64,000 nt of DNA from Microthyrium microscopicum (Eukaryota): assembly GCA_010405405.1 (NCBI GenBank), contig MU004231.1, positions 3,646,884 to 3,710,883 of the forward strand. The letters are read 5' to 3'. This document shows positions 18,441-30,435 of the stretch, piece after piece; the first letter of the stretch is position 1; each line of letters begins with the position of its first letter. The notes under the pieces were generated by a model. It ran no database searches, had not been told where the DNA came from, and was given only the letters and a program-made list of their open reading frames with translations. The translations under genes and the position numbers were made by a program.

Positions 18441-21164
18441 AAGTCTCGTCACCTAACGAATCCGGGTTTCCAGCCTGCCGCAAAGTCCCCCGAATCCCGA
18501 AATAGCCCACGGCGTTCTGCGATTCATGACCAGGACATTGAGACAATTTCAGAGCTACATACAGAACCTCCTCCTGGCTCTGCTTTGTGGCGGGTTCCTC
18601 CTCACCCTCTACTTTCTAGTCGTCTCCTGTCGTCCTTAAAACCCAGTCCTACCACGAATCGTCGTCATATTTCTACGACGTCCAAGTATGATTCTCCACA
18701 AAGATCAGCTCCTATACCTATCCCACAGCGACAGAAAGCTCCGTCTCATCCGTTGACGTCTCCTCGCGCTCGATCAAAGTTATCGACCTCTATTCAAGAG
18801 CGGATGTCGCCACCCTGGCAAGAATTAGAAGCTCGGGCAAAGGAACTACTCGGCTATCGTTCCAAACGAGATTCAAAATATGGCTCTCCCGATTATCATC
18901 CCCCGAGATGTAGCCCGGGGGGTCCAATTTCAAAAAAGGACTAGAGACTACTACAAAAGCATTCGGAGCCTTTCTCTAACACACGGAAGATGTTCAGTCT
19001 AGCTTTGGCCTGAAAAAATGTGGATAGAGCATGGTGTCGACATTTAGTGCGGTTGCACTGCTTCAACACAACTCTTCTCACTTTCAAAAATAGAAACTAT
19101 GGTATATTTAGATCAAAGAGGCTTCCGGACTTTGGCTCTCATTGCGTTAGAGGTCATGTTTCCCCCGAAAAGAAAGCTCGTTGCAGATGTTAACCTGGTT
19201 GGACATGTTCCTTCCTTGAAGATGGGTTGTTTGTATATAATGATCTATACTTGTATGGTGCTTTCGCACCTGGCAACGATACCCTTGAATCCATTATTGT
19301 ATTGTACTTTTCAGTAGCATTGTTTAGGATGAGCCTTGTCAAATGAATGCTTATTCGCATTAGTGGTGCTTCTACTCAGTTCTGGATTACGTTCTTGTCT
19401 TGCAGGAAGGCCACGTGTAGGATATCTTGGTTAGTGAATGGAAAAGACTTTAGGTACATGTACTGCTGAGACATTGAATACGTGTTTCGTCTTGTTCTTG
19501 ACTTCGACATCCATCTCATGAAGGGCTCTGCGAAATAACTCGTGTCGGGTGCTGTTCAGCGCCCGACACCAAAAAGTCAAGATTACAGATGATGAGCCGA
19601 AAACTGCCTCACATAATAGTTCATTATTTTCCTAAGTGCCGCAAAGATTTATACTTGTGGCAAATGGTGTTGCGGATCCACAAAGCTGCAGTGACTGACG
19701 AATGGTTCAACTTGCAAGCTAAGTGACATCTGAGCCTCCATCGAAAATGTATCTATTACCACGCTTCTACGTCAAATTACGGAACTTGACTTTTTGCTTT
19801 ATCTAAGAGAGACGACCTGACTGGAAAACTGGGAAGAGTTTAAAATCAAAATATGGGCTAGATTTTGAGGGAGGACAAGGCTGAAGCCTAATAACTGCCG
19901 GTCGTGGCGAATCAGATGACTTTTCATTGGTGGTGTATTTGGAACGCCAACAAAGCAGACCGCTAGATCAGCCAAAGAAACTCGGCAGGATAAGCCACTG
20001 ACTAGTCGAAGTTTCTGTGCGAGGCTCTTCGGTTTTTTTATTGTACGGCTGCTGCACGTTCAGTTGCACAGCAAGGACGGTCAAGACGGTGACCGGGTTC
20101 ATGGAATCTTCAATAGAGCTTCGAGAACATCAGACTTTAGAGTCGAATCAGAATCCGAAAGGCTTGACCTACTTCTATCAAACAGTCCGGTACCTTGGGT
20201 GTCTTCTCGAATGGTCATTTACTTGATGCCGGCCGTCTCAATGCTTGGCCACGACCAGATCAAAGATCAGGGACATGAATTTCTACGGTATGATTCGAAT
20301 CGGCTGCCTCGTACATTACGTTTGATGGTCTCACTTACGTCCCTATTCCAGGAACTGCATATTGAACCACCAAATCCTACCGACGTGGTAAGTCTTCGGG
20401 ACGGCGGGACCAAGCGAACCATAGTCCAGCCGCCCAGATCTATAGGTTCTGCATTTTGGATAGCACGGCGTCTGCCAAGTTGAACAGAGTTGGGGCTCAT
20501 AAACATTTAATTTTAGCCTTGAATGGCTCACCGATGTCGATCATACAGGTGATCTGGCGGACTGTTGCTGGAAGAAAAAGTTGGGCAAGTCGTATAGAAG
20601 AAAGCAAGATAATCACGGGAGTAGACGTGTGTTGGCAATGATGTGTGATATCAATTTCTGTAATCTGTAACTAAACCCAAAAGCTCACCAATACCCGACT
20701 ATATGTAAGTGACCCAACATTCGCGGCTCATATTTCATGGCTTCATAGGTTCGCTTCAAGAAGTCTCGTTTGGTTTAGATTGGTCGATTATCAGACTGAG
20801 TGTAGCGGCCTGCCTCGACAATTACAATGATAATAGAATCACGGTGGCTCTCGTCGTTTCTGGCGTTGACGGCACTAGATCACTGCCCATGGTTTCGAAA
20901 ATTTGGTTCACGTCTTTATTCTGTTTGTTTTAGTATGGTCCTTTCTACCACTACCACAACCATGGATTACCTGAGTCTTGTGAGCCGTTCTTGAGTACCG
21001 ATCTTTCTCGCGACCATAAATATGAACCATCATTCCCACTCAATCTTTCCTTTCTTCTATTCTTCCAAAAATTCCCCGTCCATCGAACTTCGAACATAAT
21101 TACGAAGCTCGTCTGATCCATCCGATCTACCAACCTGTCTATTCTTGAGATAAAAATCTCCGAC

Positions 21165-23508
21165 ATGGATTCCAAGACCAAAACAGCCGATAAAACGGCT
21201 ACGGCTACGCTCAGAGCGACGGCCGATGTCAACCGTATCGAGGCTCCCGTCACGATTAAAGCATATTTCATGTGCGCATTTGCTGCATTCGGTGGCATTT
21301 TTTTTGGCTACGACTCTGGATATATCAACGGTGTCCTTGGTTTGTCTCCCTCAACAGGATGGCGAATGTGCTGTGCTCCCATCACCTCTGATGTCTCCCA
21401 TCAATCGCGCTCTAGTATCGAGTGTTTCGTCTGCCATCGAAGGCGATAAAAGTTTTGACTATTTATCGAATGAGATGGGAAATGAAGCATCTTCTATTTC
21501 GCGGCCGTTTGGTAGCCATGACTGTGATGGGAGTGTGCCATTATCTTACCATCATTTGTTCACGCCTTCCAAACGAAGATGACTGACATTTATTTTAGCC
21601 ATGAACTATGTTATTGCCCAATTTACTGGCCTACCCGAATCTGCGAAAGCCGATAAAGGCCTCTGGATGATTCCTGCGGGTAAGTTTTTATCTTTGAAGA
21701 ACATCCTAGTTTGACGCCATCGAGTGTTGTGGCTTCCATAGCACTTGATGGCCACCAAAGAGCATGATGGGATGTCGCGCTGAAAGACCATTTGGTTTTT
21801 TGAACGCTTTTAAGCTTGGGTAACACTCTTTCTTGAGCTTTTACTAACGACTTTCAGGTCAGCAGTCGCTTATTGTCTCCATCCTCTCTGCTGGAACCTT
21901 CATCGGAGCTCTCTTCGCTGGCGATTTGGCTGACCGTATGGGTCGAAAAATCACTATCATCTCTTCCTGTGGTCTCTTCCTAGCAGGTGTTGCTATGCAA
22001 ATCGCCGCAGAAAACTTCAAACTTCTCACTGCTGGACGTGCTATTGCTGGTCTAGGGTAAGTTCAAAGTTCTTGATGAAGTTGGAACCATATTTTCTGAC
22101 CAAGATCAGTGTCGGTGGCGTGTCTTGCACAATCATCCTCTACATGAGCGAAATCGCACCTCGCAAGATTCGAGGAGCCTTGGTTGCTTCCTACCAGTTT
22201 TGTATCACCCTCGGACTGCTCGCAGCTTCAGTTGCCTGCTACTTGACTCAGAACCGTAACGACTCGGGCTCTTATCGTATTCCAATCGGTCTCCAAGGCG
22301 TCTGGGCCATCATTCTAGCCGTTGGACTCATGTTCTTCCCCGAATCACCACGTTACCACGTCATGCATGGAAATATCGACAAGGCCAAACAGTGCCTTGC
22401 AAAGCTTCGCGGTCAAGAAGTCGATTCGCCATTCATTCAAGAAGAGCTCGCTGAAATCGTCGCAAACCACGAGCACGAGACTAATCTGATGCCTTCAACA
22501 ACCTACCTCTCGAGCTGGGCAAACTGCTTCAAAGGTGGCATCCGAAAGTCCAACAGCAATCTACGCCGCACCATTCTAGGAACCTCACTTCAAATGATGC
22601 AGCAATGGACTGGAGTCAACTTTGTGTTCTACTTTGGAACCACATTCTTCACCAACCTTGGCACCATTCAAGATCCATTCCTGATCAGCATGGTTACTAC
22701 CTTGGTCAACGTTTGCTCCACCCCAATTTCTTTCTGGACTGTTGAAAGATATGGTCGCCGAGCTCTGCTCATCTGGGGTGCCCTAGGAATGGTTGTCTGC
22801 CAATTCATCGTTGCCATCATTGGAACTGCCACTCAAGGAGGACCCGCTGAGACCAAGGTCATGATCGCTTTTATCTGCATCTACATCTTCTTCTTTGCCT
22901 CAACCTGGGGTCCAGGCGCTTGGGTCGTTATTGGCGAGATCTTCCCTATCTCAATTCGTTCTCGAGGTGTTGCTTTGTCCACAGCTTCCAACTGGCTATG
23001 GAACTGCGTAAGTTTTAACTCATCTCTAAGACCAATCTCTAACTAACAAATAACAGATCATTGCGCTAATCACACCCTGCCTCGTGGGCAAAGATCGTGC
23101 CAATCTTGGTGCCAAAGTCTTCTGGATCTGGGGTTCCCTTTGCTTCGGCTGCTTCCTATACTCGTACTTCCTCGTCTTCGAGACCAAAGGTCTCTCCCTT
23201 GAACAGTAAGTCATACTGCTCCCCCCTTTTTATCGCATTGGATAGCATACATAGCAAGCGATCTTTTTTGCGTAGTATATGGTAGACATCGCAGGCGATG
23301 GGAATCATTCGCTAACTCAACCTTCTCTAGGGTCGATCAAATGATGGAAGAAACCAACCCACGCCACTCCAAGAACTGGAAGCCAACAACCACATTTGCT
23401 TCACAAATGGGGATGACTGGCGACAAGGCTAGCGATCCCACCACCGGCAACGGCGAAAATATGTCTGATGAGGATGCTTCGCGCAAGGCCTCGGGATCAC
23501 AGGTCTAG
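21165..23508 (+). CDS. MFS sugar porter, high-affinity hexose transporter type; exons 21165-21339, 21599-21679, 21858-22056, 22110-23007, 23057-23205, 23331-23508
   Basis: Sugar porter motifs GGIFFGYDSG, LADRMGRK, YMSEIAP, PESPR, QQWTGVNF, WGPGAWVVIGEIFP and ETKGLSLEQVD. Five GT-AG introns (259, 178, 53, 49, 125 nt) keep the frame. Confidence 0.93.
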
Positions 23509-24099
23509 ATGTCATCACGACGCAAGTGGACGGGTGTTGGTTCATCATAAATGAGTGTAGACCCAAGGCCCATTGTTTTTAATGTTCTTGTTTTGGGCCT
23601 GGAGTGCTTGGGGTTGTTCATGACGCCGCTCATGTTTGCTGACGCCTACTGGCATCGGGTTAATAATAGTTTTGGTAGTTAAATATAGCTAGACACCTCT
23701 AGGACAACTTGTTTCATAAGACACTTCTCTAAGCCATCGCATCTGGTGAGAGCCATCGCATCGATCAGCAACGCTGTCTGTGGGAGCCATCGGTTGCGCT
23801 GGGATCCATCAATATTTTCGACAATTTGAAATAGATGAGTAAATAATTAAGTGAGTTTGGAAGGTGAGATTGATTTAAAGCTCCGGGTTAAGAACGAGCA
23901 TTTCTTGCGCGCGGCTTCAGCCTTGCTCAAATCTAAAGTCCGCAAGGCTGAAAGTCAATGAGATCATCATTCAATCCATCAGCTCTAAAAACACCAACCC
24001 TCGTTCTCCAAACACAAACAAGACCTGTGTAGAACTTTATTAACGACAGACCAGCTCACACGGTTTCCGTCTCAACTGTTAACTCACCTCCATCTCCTA

Positions 24100-25002
24100 A
24101 TGGGTATCTCACACTCCACCGCCCGCTGGGCAGCACCACTATCCTTCGCGATCGATTTCGCAGCACAGCAATATGGCATGCTCGCAACACCGAACATGAA
24201 AGACGTACACGATGCCAACATCTCCTTCTGGTCGCCACAACCATATTTCATCGCAGCTTTCTTCTTTCCGCAGCAAATCTTCCAGCTGGTCTGGCTGTAT
24301 AGACTGTATAAGCTTGATCCGAAGAAGGGCGTGAAGGAGAAGAAGGAGGTTGATACTATGGTTCACTTTGTCCCTTATTATATCGTGGGCAATTTGTGCA
24401 TTGCCAGTAAGTTGTTGGATTATTTTGGGCTGCTAGTGTTCATTGCTAATGGATGAAATAGCATGGATGATCTTTTGGAATTCATCAGCTCTTAAGACGA
24501 GTAATGTTTTCGTTCTTATCAACTCTATCTCCCAGCTCTATTATATTTCGGCCCTGCAGCCTCGCATGGATACTTCATCGACCTCCTCAATCCTCACTCA
24601 CGTCGTCTCCAAGACGTTTGCGGGTATCGGTGTTTTGGACTTGCTGCACAACGGTTCCGTGGCATACTTTGACCACCAGGGTCCTAACACTCTCGTTAAG
24701 GTCTTGACAGGTGTGGGATTTGGTGCGGCGGCTTGTGTGAGCGACTGGATCTTTGGTGGCTGTTTGGTGTACGATTTGGTTGCGCTGGCCGTCGGACAGA
24801 GAGCTGTTGGACAGACGTCGTGGAGTAATCTGTTAGGTGCATATGCTCTTGGTACTGCTGGTATTGTGGGTTTGAGGAATTACGTCAGGTAGGGGATTTG
24901 TGTTGAGGGTAGACCCGGGACGCTGATTCTTCGTCCAGGCCTCCTTATACGAAAGTTGACGCTGGGAACTACGAGGCTGTTACGACAGAAGAGGAGGTAT
25001 AA
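24100..25002 (+). CDS. Multi-pass membrane protein of unknown function; exons 24100-24406, 24462-24888, 24939-25002
   Basis: Two hydrophobic ORFs joined in frame by a 55-nt intron (GTAAGT..CTAAT..TAG). A 50-nt intron leads to a short last exon. CA-rich 5' leader. Family not recognised. Confidence 0.8.
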
Positions 25003-25600
25003 GTTAGCTGCAGCGGAGCGGCGCATTGGTGCGGCCGGCGGTACATTTGGCGTTATGGATCGATTCTTCAGCATTTGTAAATATATGTCAAAGCAATGGA
25101 TACTACCTTCAATAGACGTCAGCATGTGGCACGATTTTGTGCATCGGGCTTCGGTGACCTATGCTGATATCTGTCTCTGATGGGCGTTTCCAAACGGATA
25201 TGAATCAGAGCAAGCCTTCCACATACCGAGAACTTTTCGGCCTTTGGGGCCTTTCTCTATCCCTCAAGATCACGACCATAGTATCTTTCAGTGGTAACAC
25301 TGCTGTTATTGTCTATAGATATATATGCTAAAGAAAGTGGAGATACTTTTTATTCCCAAAGACAAAACATCTAGTAATGCCATTCCTTATCATGGTATCA
25401 TGCAAAACATATTAAACTCAATCCAGAGTTTTCTTGTTGCTTTATTCGTAGAAACAATTACGCTCATAATGCAAGGTGTACGTGCAAAGGTGTGCGGATT
25501 CATACTCCAGCTCGTTCCCAGATGGAAGATGTTAGAGTATTAGGCAGGTATTGTGAACGGCCTTGGCTCCCAGCTGATTCTCAAGTGGTTCCCCAATGGT

Positions 25601-26903
25601 TCAGCCTCCTGATGCTTCCCGGTAGAAGGAGATACTCTGGTTCTCGCCTGCCACGACGAACTGCTCTCCTCGTCCGAGTCGTGGTAGCCATTTTGCGCAC
25701 CAGACTGGTTTATCGGACTCGCCGTGTGTTGCTACGCAGACTCTTGTTTCCATGCCCCATATTTTTACTTTGCCGTCGTAGGAGCTGTGTGTGAATTTAG
25801 TACTCGGTATGTTGACTGAGGGCGAGAGCACGAACCTGCTTAGTAGCCATTCGCCTGTGGAGCTAAAGTCGAGACTCATAATCCATGAGTTGTGGCCGGT
25901 GAGATTGGCGACTTGTTCACCGCAGCTGACATCGTAAAGTGCGATGACCATGGAGTCACCAGCGGCCGCCAGGAGTGTGTTTTCGGGTGAGAATGCTACG
26001 GTCCGGACTGGCTTGATAAGACCTATAATGGTCAGTGTCTAAGTGGTACACAGGGAAAGGTTGACTTGCCTGGTAGTGAATGTAGCATCCTTCCTGACTC
26101 GTTGTTGAATAGGTATAAACCGCCGTTCTCATGCCCTGAAGCTGTGAATCTACCATCTCGACTCTATATCAAGTCAGCCAGCAGTCATCCCAATCGTGTA
26201 CATGATAAACTTACCACAGCGACACTCATCCCAAAGCTACCCTTCGTCTCATACTCCCGTATCTTTGTGTACACGCCCTCCTGCACCTTGCTCATATCCC
26301 ACATGCTTATACTCCCATCATACGCCGTCGCTGCAAGCAATTGGCCATTTTCGCTCAGTGAGACTGCCCATAATTCGCCAACTTTGCCTTTCCCCTCCGT
26401 CAGACTGCCCTTGGACTTCCAGGTCTGACTCTCGTCAAACACCCATACATTGACTTCGCCGCCAAAGCCAGCGCTCACAGCGACAGTACCATCTGCTGCT
26501 GCTGTGAGGTGGTGTGTGCCAAGTTTGTGTGCGCCCGTTAGTGTTTGTGTCAGCGCAAAGTCGCCAGTGCATTCGTGGATGGCGAGTGACGAGGCGCCGG
26601 AGCCCGAGAGTACAGATGTCTGCGTGGGCGCAAGGGCGAAGATGTCGGTGGGGTGCGCATTGTCGATTGTGTGGGTAGTAAGGTACTGCTTGGACTGGGA
26701 GAGAGTCAGCGGGCGCGCGAAATGAATCTGGTGGCAGTGGCGAGGGTATGGGTGGTTATGAGAATTATAGCGAAGGCGCGAGTCTTTTGACTGCGCAACG
26801 GAGAGGACGATCAAGTTGAAAGCTCGCCGCAAAACACATGCTGTATATAATATCGATGCTCTCTGTGAGGGTGGAAGAGGCAGTGGAATATAATACTAAC
26901 CAT
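25601..26903 (-). CDS. SKI8: WD40 protein of the Ski8/Rec14/WDR61 type; coding exons 26903-26901 (ATG only), 26694-26215, 26163-26070, 26022-25836, 25784-25601
   Basis: N-terminus MSKQYL..AH..DIF, plus AHKLG.HH, YETKGSFGMSV, SLPGLIKPVRTVAFSP, LTGHNSWIMSLDFS and SSYDGKVKIW, typical of fungal Ski8/Rec14. Introns are 206, 51, 47 (GC-AG) and 51 nt. Confidence 0.85.
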
Positions 26904-27591
26904 GGTGGGGTGATTGTGTTTCTAACAAAACGTAAATGACAGGAAGTTAGAGGAAGGTTGCACAAGTGATAGAGACCAAAAGCTAAGAGGCTAGGAAGAG
27001 GGCGCAGAATGGATAGCTGATACAAGTGAATTAAGGCGGTTTGGTGCAGCGCAGAATTGTCAGAGGAAGTAGAGGTAAGAGCTTGCCAGGTCGGGCGTCG
27101 GAGTATTTTCCGGTTCCAATCCTTGAGGTTTTGAGGAAGGAACGAGGGTCTCCATCCTTTGCTCTTGCCTACTTTAAGATTCACGCTATCCCTTTTTTGA
27201 CAAGGTACAAATGTCATTTATTGCTTTGAATCTGAGAATAATCCACAGCAATGTCAATTGATTGTTGAATCAAACACCAGACAAGGTCGCGTTAGGTTGT
27301 AATTAGCTATATGCGCAATGTCTTCGGTCGACCTTGCAGTCATCGACTGTCCTGCTTCTGGTCCAGCCAATAACTCTGCATGATCAGACCAAAACAGTGT
27401 TTTTGGAATCTAGTCCTTGTTGCAGTGAGTATATTGTCACCTTTAGCACAAAACCATCAACTAGTACATACATCTATATTTACATTTCGCCTCCACCTGT
27501 ACATGGCAGTTGAAGGCGTGAGTATCTCAGGTCTTGACATGCATTTCTGAGCATTCAGACTTGGAGTCCACCTTTTACAGGTATCTTTACA

Positions 27592-28241
27592 TCATGCCCT
27601 TATCTCATCTGTCTTGCGCCCGCCTTCAATCGATTCAGCGGCCTTGGTCTTGGATTCTGCCAACTCCTGCTGATTGTAAAGAGATGGCGCATCTTTCTCC
27701 ATGGGTATCTCAGTCTCTGATTTTCCAGCATCAAGTTGTCGGAGTTCTGCTTCGAGGGCCTCTATATCCTCGTGTTTATGTTGCTCCAAGTCTTTAGATT
27801 TTGAATATGTGATCGATTCGCCTCTAAGAACCTTGTTCCACGAGCTCTTCCAGTAGGTTCGAACGGCTGACATCTGTTAATGCTGAACTTTTGAGATCAA
27901 GTAAAAGGCATACCGTTAACGCAGTAAGGACACAAGTAAACTGCCCGCTTAGGTCTTCCACAGCTAGGACATTTCACAATAAACATGACGTCCTTGAGAG
28001 CTTTGCCAGCAAACTGCCTACTCCGCGACCGAGATTTCGAAGTCTTTTTCTTTGGTACTGCACGTAATATGCCATCCCATATATCTTGTAGTATGGAAGA
28101 AGGTCTAGGTAGTTGGCCGACTGGTATTGGGAGGGCAGACATGCCAAAGAGAGGTAGTGCTATCCGCCATGATGTAGGAAGTTTAGGGAGAAACGCAGGT
28201 ATGGCGAGGTTGAGTGAGGGTATTGCAGGCTGAAAAGCCAT
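27592..28241 (-). CDS. MRPL32: Mitochondrial ribosomal protein bL32m; exons 28241-27914, 27866-27592
   Basis: Presequence followed by IWDGILRAVPKKKTSKSR and the zinc motif KCPSCGRPKRAVYLCPYC. 47-nt intron GTATGC..CAG. Confidence 0.88.
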
Positions 28242-28684
28242 GGTGGAATGGCGGAGTCGAGCTCCTGGTTGAAGAACGAATGCGATTTGGCAGTGTACTG
28301 TTGATTTAAACGATGATAGCTGATGGTGGTGATGTACCGTACAGTAATTTGATGTATGGCCAAAAAAAATGCAGTAGCCAATGGGCTTGGAGAGAAGGCA
28401 CGGGTCATTGCGGCGATTGCCAAGACCAGCGCGTTGATTCCCAATTGGGTAGAGCGCGACGGGCACCCCTTTCCCTTGCAAGCCAACAAGCCAAAGCACT
28501 TGCCAAAGTCTACCGTCCCTGGATTCTTGCAGACAACCACTCTTCATCTTCATCCCCGACTCTCCGTCTCTTCTTCACCCTCAAACAATCCATCGTGCTA
28601 CTCTACCAAGTCGTCATATCAATTCCCCGACAACTTTCCTCTTGACGCAGCTCCGCGCATATTCCCGTCCACAAATTCTCCGCC

Positions 28685-29859
28685 ATGGCAATGGTATCTG
28701 ACCAACAGAATACTGTCTACCCAAAAAGTCACGTCGGCTTTGACAGCATCACTTCACAAATCGAGAAGAAGTTGCTGAAGCGCGGTTTCCAATTCAATGT
28801 CATCTGCGTCGGTTAGTCTTCCAATTCCGCCTCCATTGAATGTTCCAAGTCAATTAATTGTTGTACAGGTCAAACCGGTCTTGGAAAATCCACCCTCATC
28901 AACACCATTTTCGCATCCCACCTGATTGACAGCAAGGGTCGTCTTACCCCAACCGAACCCATTCGCAGCACCACCGAAATCCAAACCGTCTCTCATGTCA
29001 TCGAGGAGAACGGCGTGCGCCTGCGATTGAACATTGTTGACACCCCTGGCTATGGCGATCTTGTGAACAACGAGCGCTGCTGGGACCCAATCGTCAAATA
29101 CATCAAAGATCAGCACAGCGCTTATCTTCGCAAGGAATTGACTGCCCAGCGCGAACGCTATCTCCAGGATACGCGCATTCACTGCTGTCTATTCTTCATT
29201 CAACCTTCCGGTCACGGCTTGAAGCCAATCGATATTGTTGTGCTGAAGAAGTTGTCGGAATTTGTCAATGTTGTTCCCGTCATTGCCAAGAGTGATAGTT
29301 TGACTTTTGAGGAGCGGGCTGCCTTCAAGGAACGGATAAGAGAGGAATTTGCCTTCCACAACTTGCGTATGTACCCATATGACAACGAGGAGCACGACCA
29401 AGAAGAAATTGCCCTCAACGCTCAGATCAAGGTATGTTTCGTGTGCTACTTTGCTCCAGAGTAAGGCTAATGAGAGACAGAACATCATCCCTTTTGCTGT
29501 TGTTGGCTCAGAGAAGACCATCGTTGTCGCTGGAAAGCAAGTCCGTGGCCGTCAAAACCGATGGGGTGTCGTTAATGGTATGTACTCGAGCATGTCAAGT
29601 CAGGAGCATCACTAACCAAATCGCAGTCGAGGACGAGAACCACTGCGAGTTTATTTACCTCCGCAATTTCTTGACCCGCACCCACCTCCAAGACCTCATC
29701 GAGACCACTTCTCAAATCCACTATGAGAGCTTCCGCGCCAAGCAACTTCTCGCCCTCAAGGAGAGCAGTGCCGTCGGCCACTCCAGCCGACCCATTAGCC
29801 CTTCTGCTGATCGAGAACTTAGCCGGAACTCCCAGCGCATGACTATGAACGGATACTAA
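28685..29859 (+). CDS. CDC10: Septin of the Cdc10/AspD class; exons 28685-28811, 28869-29431, 29481-29577, 29627-29859
   Basis: SHVGFDSITSQIEKKLLKRGFQFNV, GQTGLGKST, DTPGYGD, AKSD and the septin unique element RQNRWGVV. No C-terminal coiled coil, as expected for Cdc10. Introns 57, 49, 49 nt. Confidence 0.93.
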
Positions 29860-30283
29860 GGCAGCTGCTTTGGCCGAGGCTTTTGTTCACTATACAGACT
29901 TTTCTCTCCAGTACCCCTTTTTAATCATGGGCAAACTTAATGCCAGTTCATGCCTATGGTGTCCGTCGGCCACGGAAAAACAAGTACCCCTGATATCGAT
30001 TGTGTTTAGTTGGTGTGTTGGTTTTGTGCAAGTTCTTGCTGCTAGCATCTCATCTGGCTGGGAGCAGGAGGGCGTTGCATGAGGAGTGGGTTCTAATAGC
30101 AAAACAGTCATCCTCAAAGCCTTTCTAGTGCAATTTCTTTGGTGGAGAGGGCGACTTAGCGACATCTATGTATCTAGCAGTGTTTCTTCTGCCAACTTTC
30201 TATAGTATGAAAAGCGTTGACTCCTTTATATCCGTTTGTAACCTTGATATCAGCAGTCAGTGTGACTGCAAACGCCCCAGAGC

Positions 30284-30435
30284 TATTGTGATGAAGAACA
30301 TGCCAAGGGATTAGATAATTGTGGGACCTAATTAGGGATGACATAATCCCCTAATTAGCGTGTCCTAAAAACTATATTAGGCCCTTAGACTCTTATAGTA
30401 ATTAACTACGCTTTATTTCTTATATTTTTATAATA
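30284..30435 (+). repeat. 5' LTR (152 bp)
   Basis: Aligns without gaps to 39688-39839 with 20 differences, all transitions. Contains the inverted repeat CTAATTAGGG..CCCTAATTAG. Confidence 0.93.

Noticed and set aside
20017..20933. Cluster of 60-140 aa ORFs upstream of the transporter
   Set aside because: Mostly non-ATG starts, no motifs and no consistent splice structure.
21760..21790. Possible C/D box snoRNA (ATGATGG...CTGA) in transporter intron 2
   Set aside because: The C box is imperfect and too close to the D box.
28356..28778. 140-aa ORF overlapping the CDC10 start, and the upstream part of ORF 27897-28553
   Set aside because: They span the MRPL32/CDC10 divergent promoter and have no recognisable motifs. 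The true starts are 28685 and 28241.
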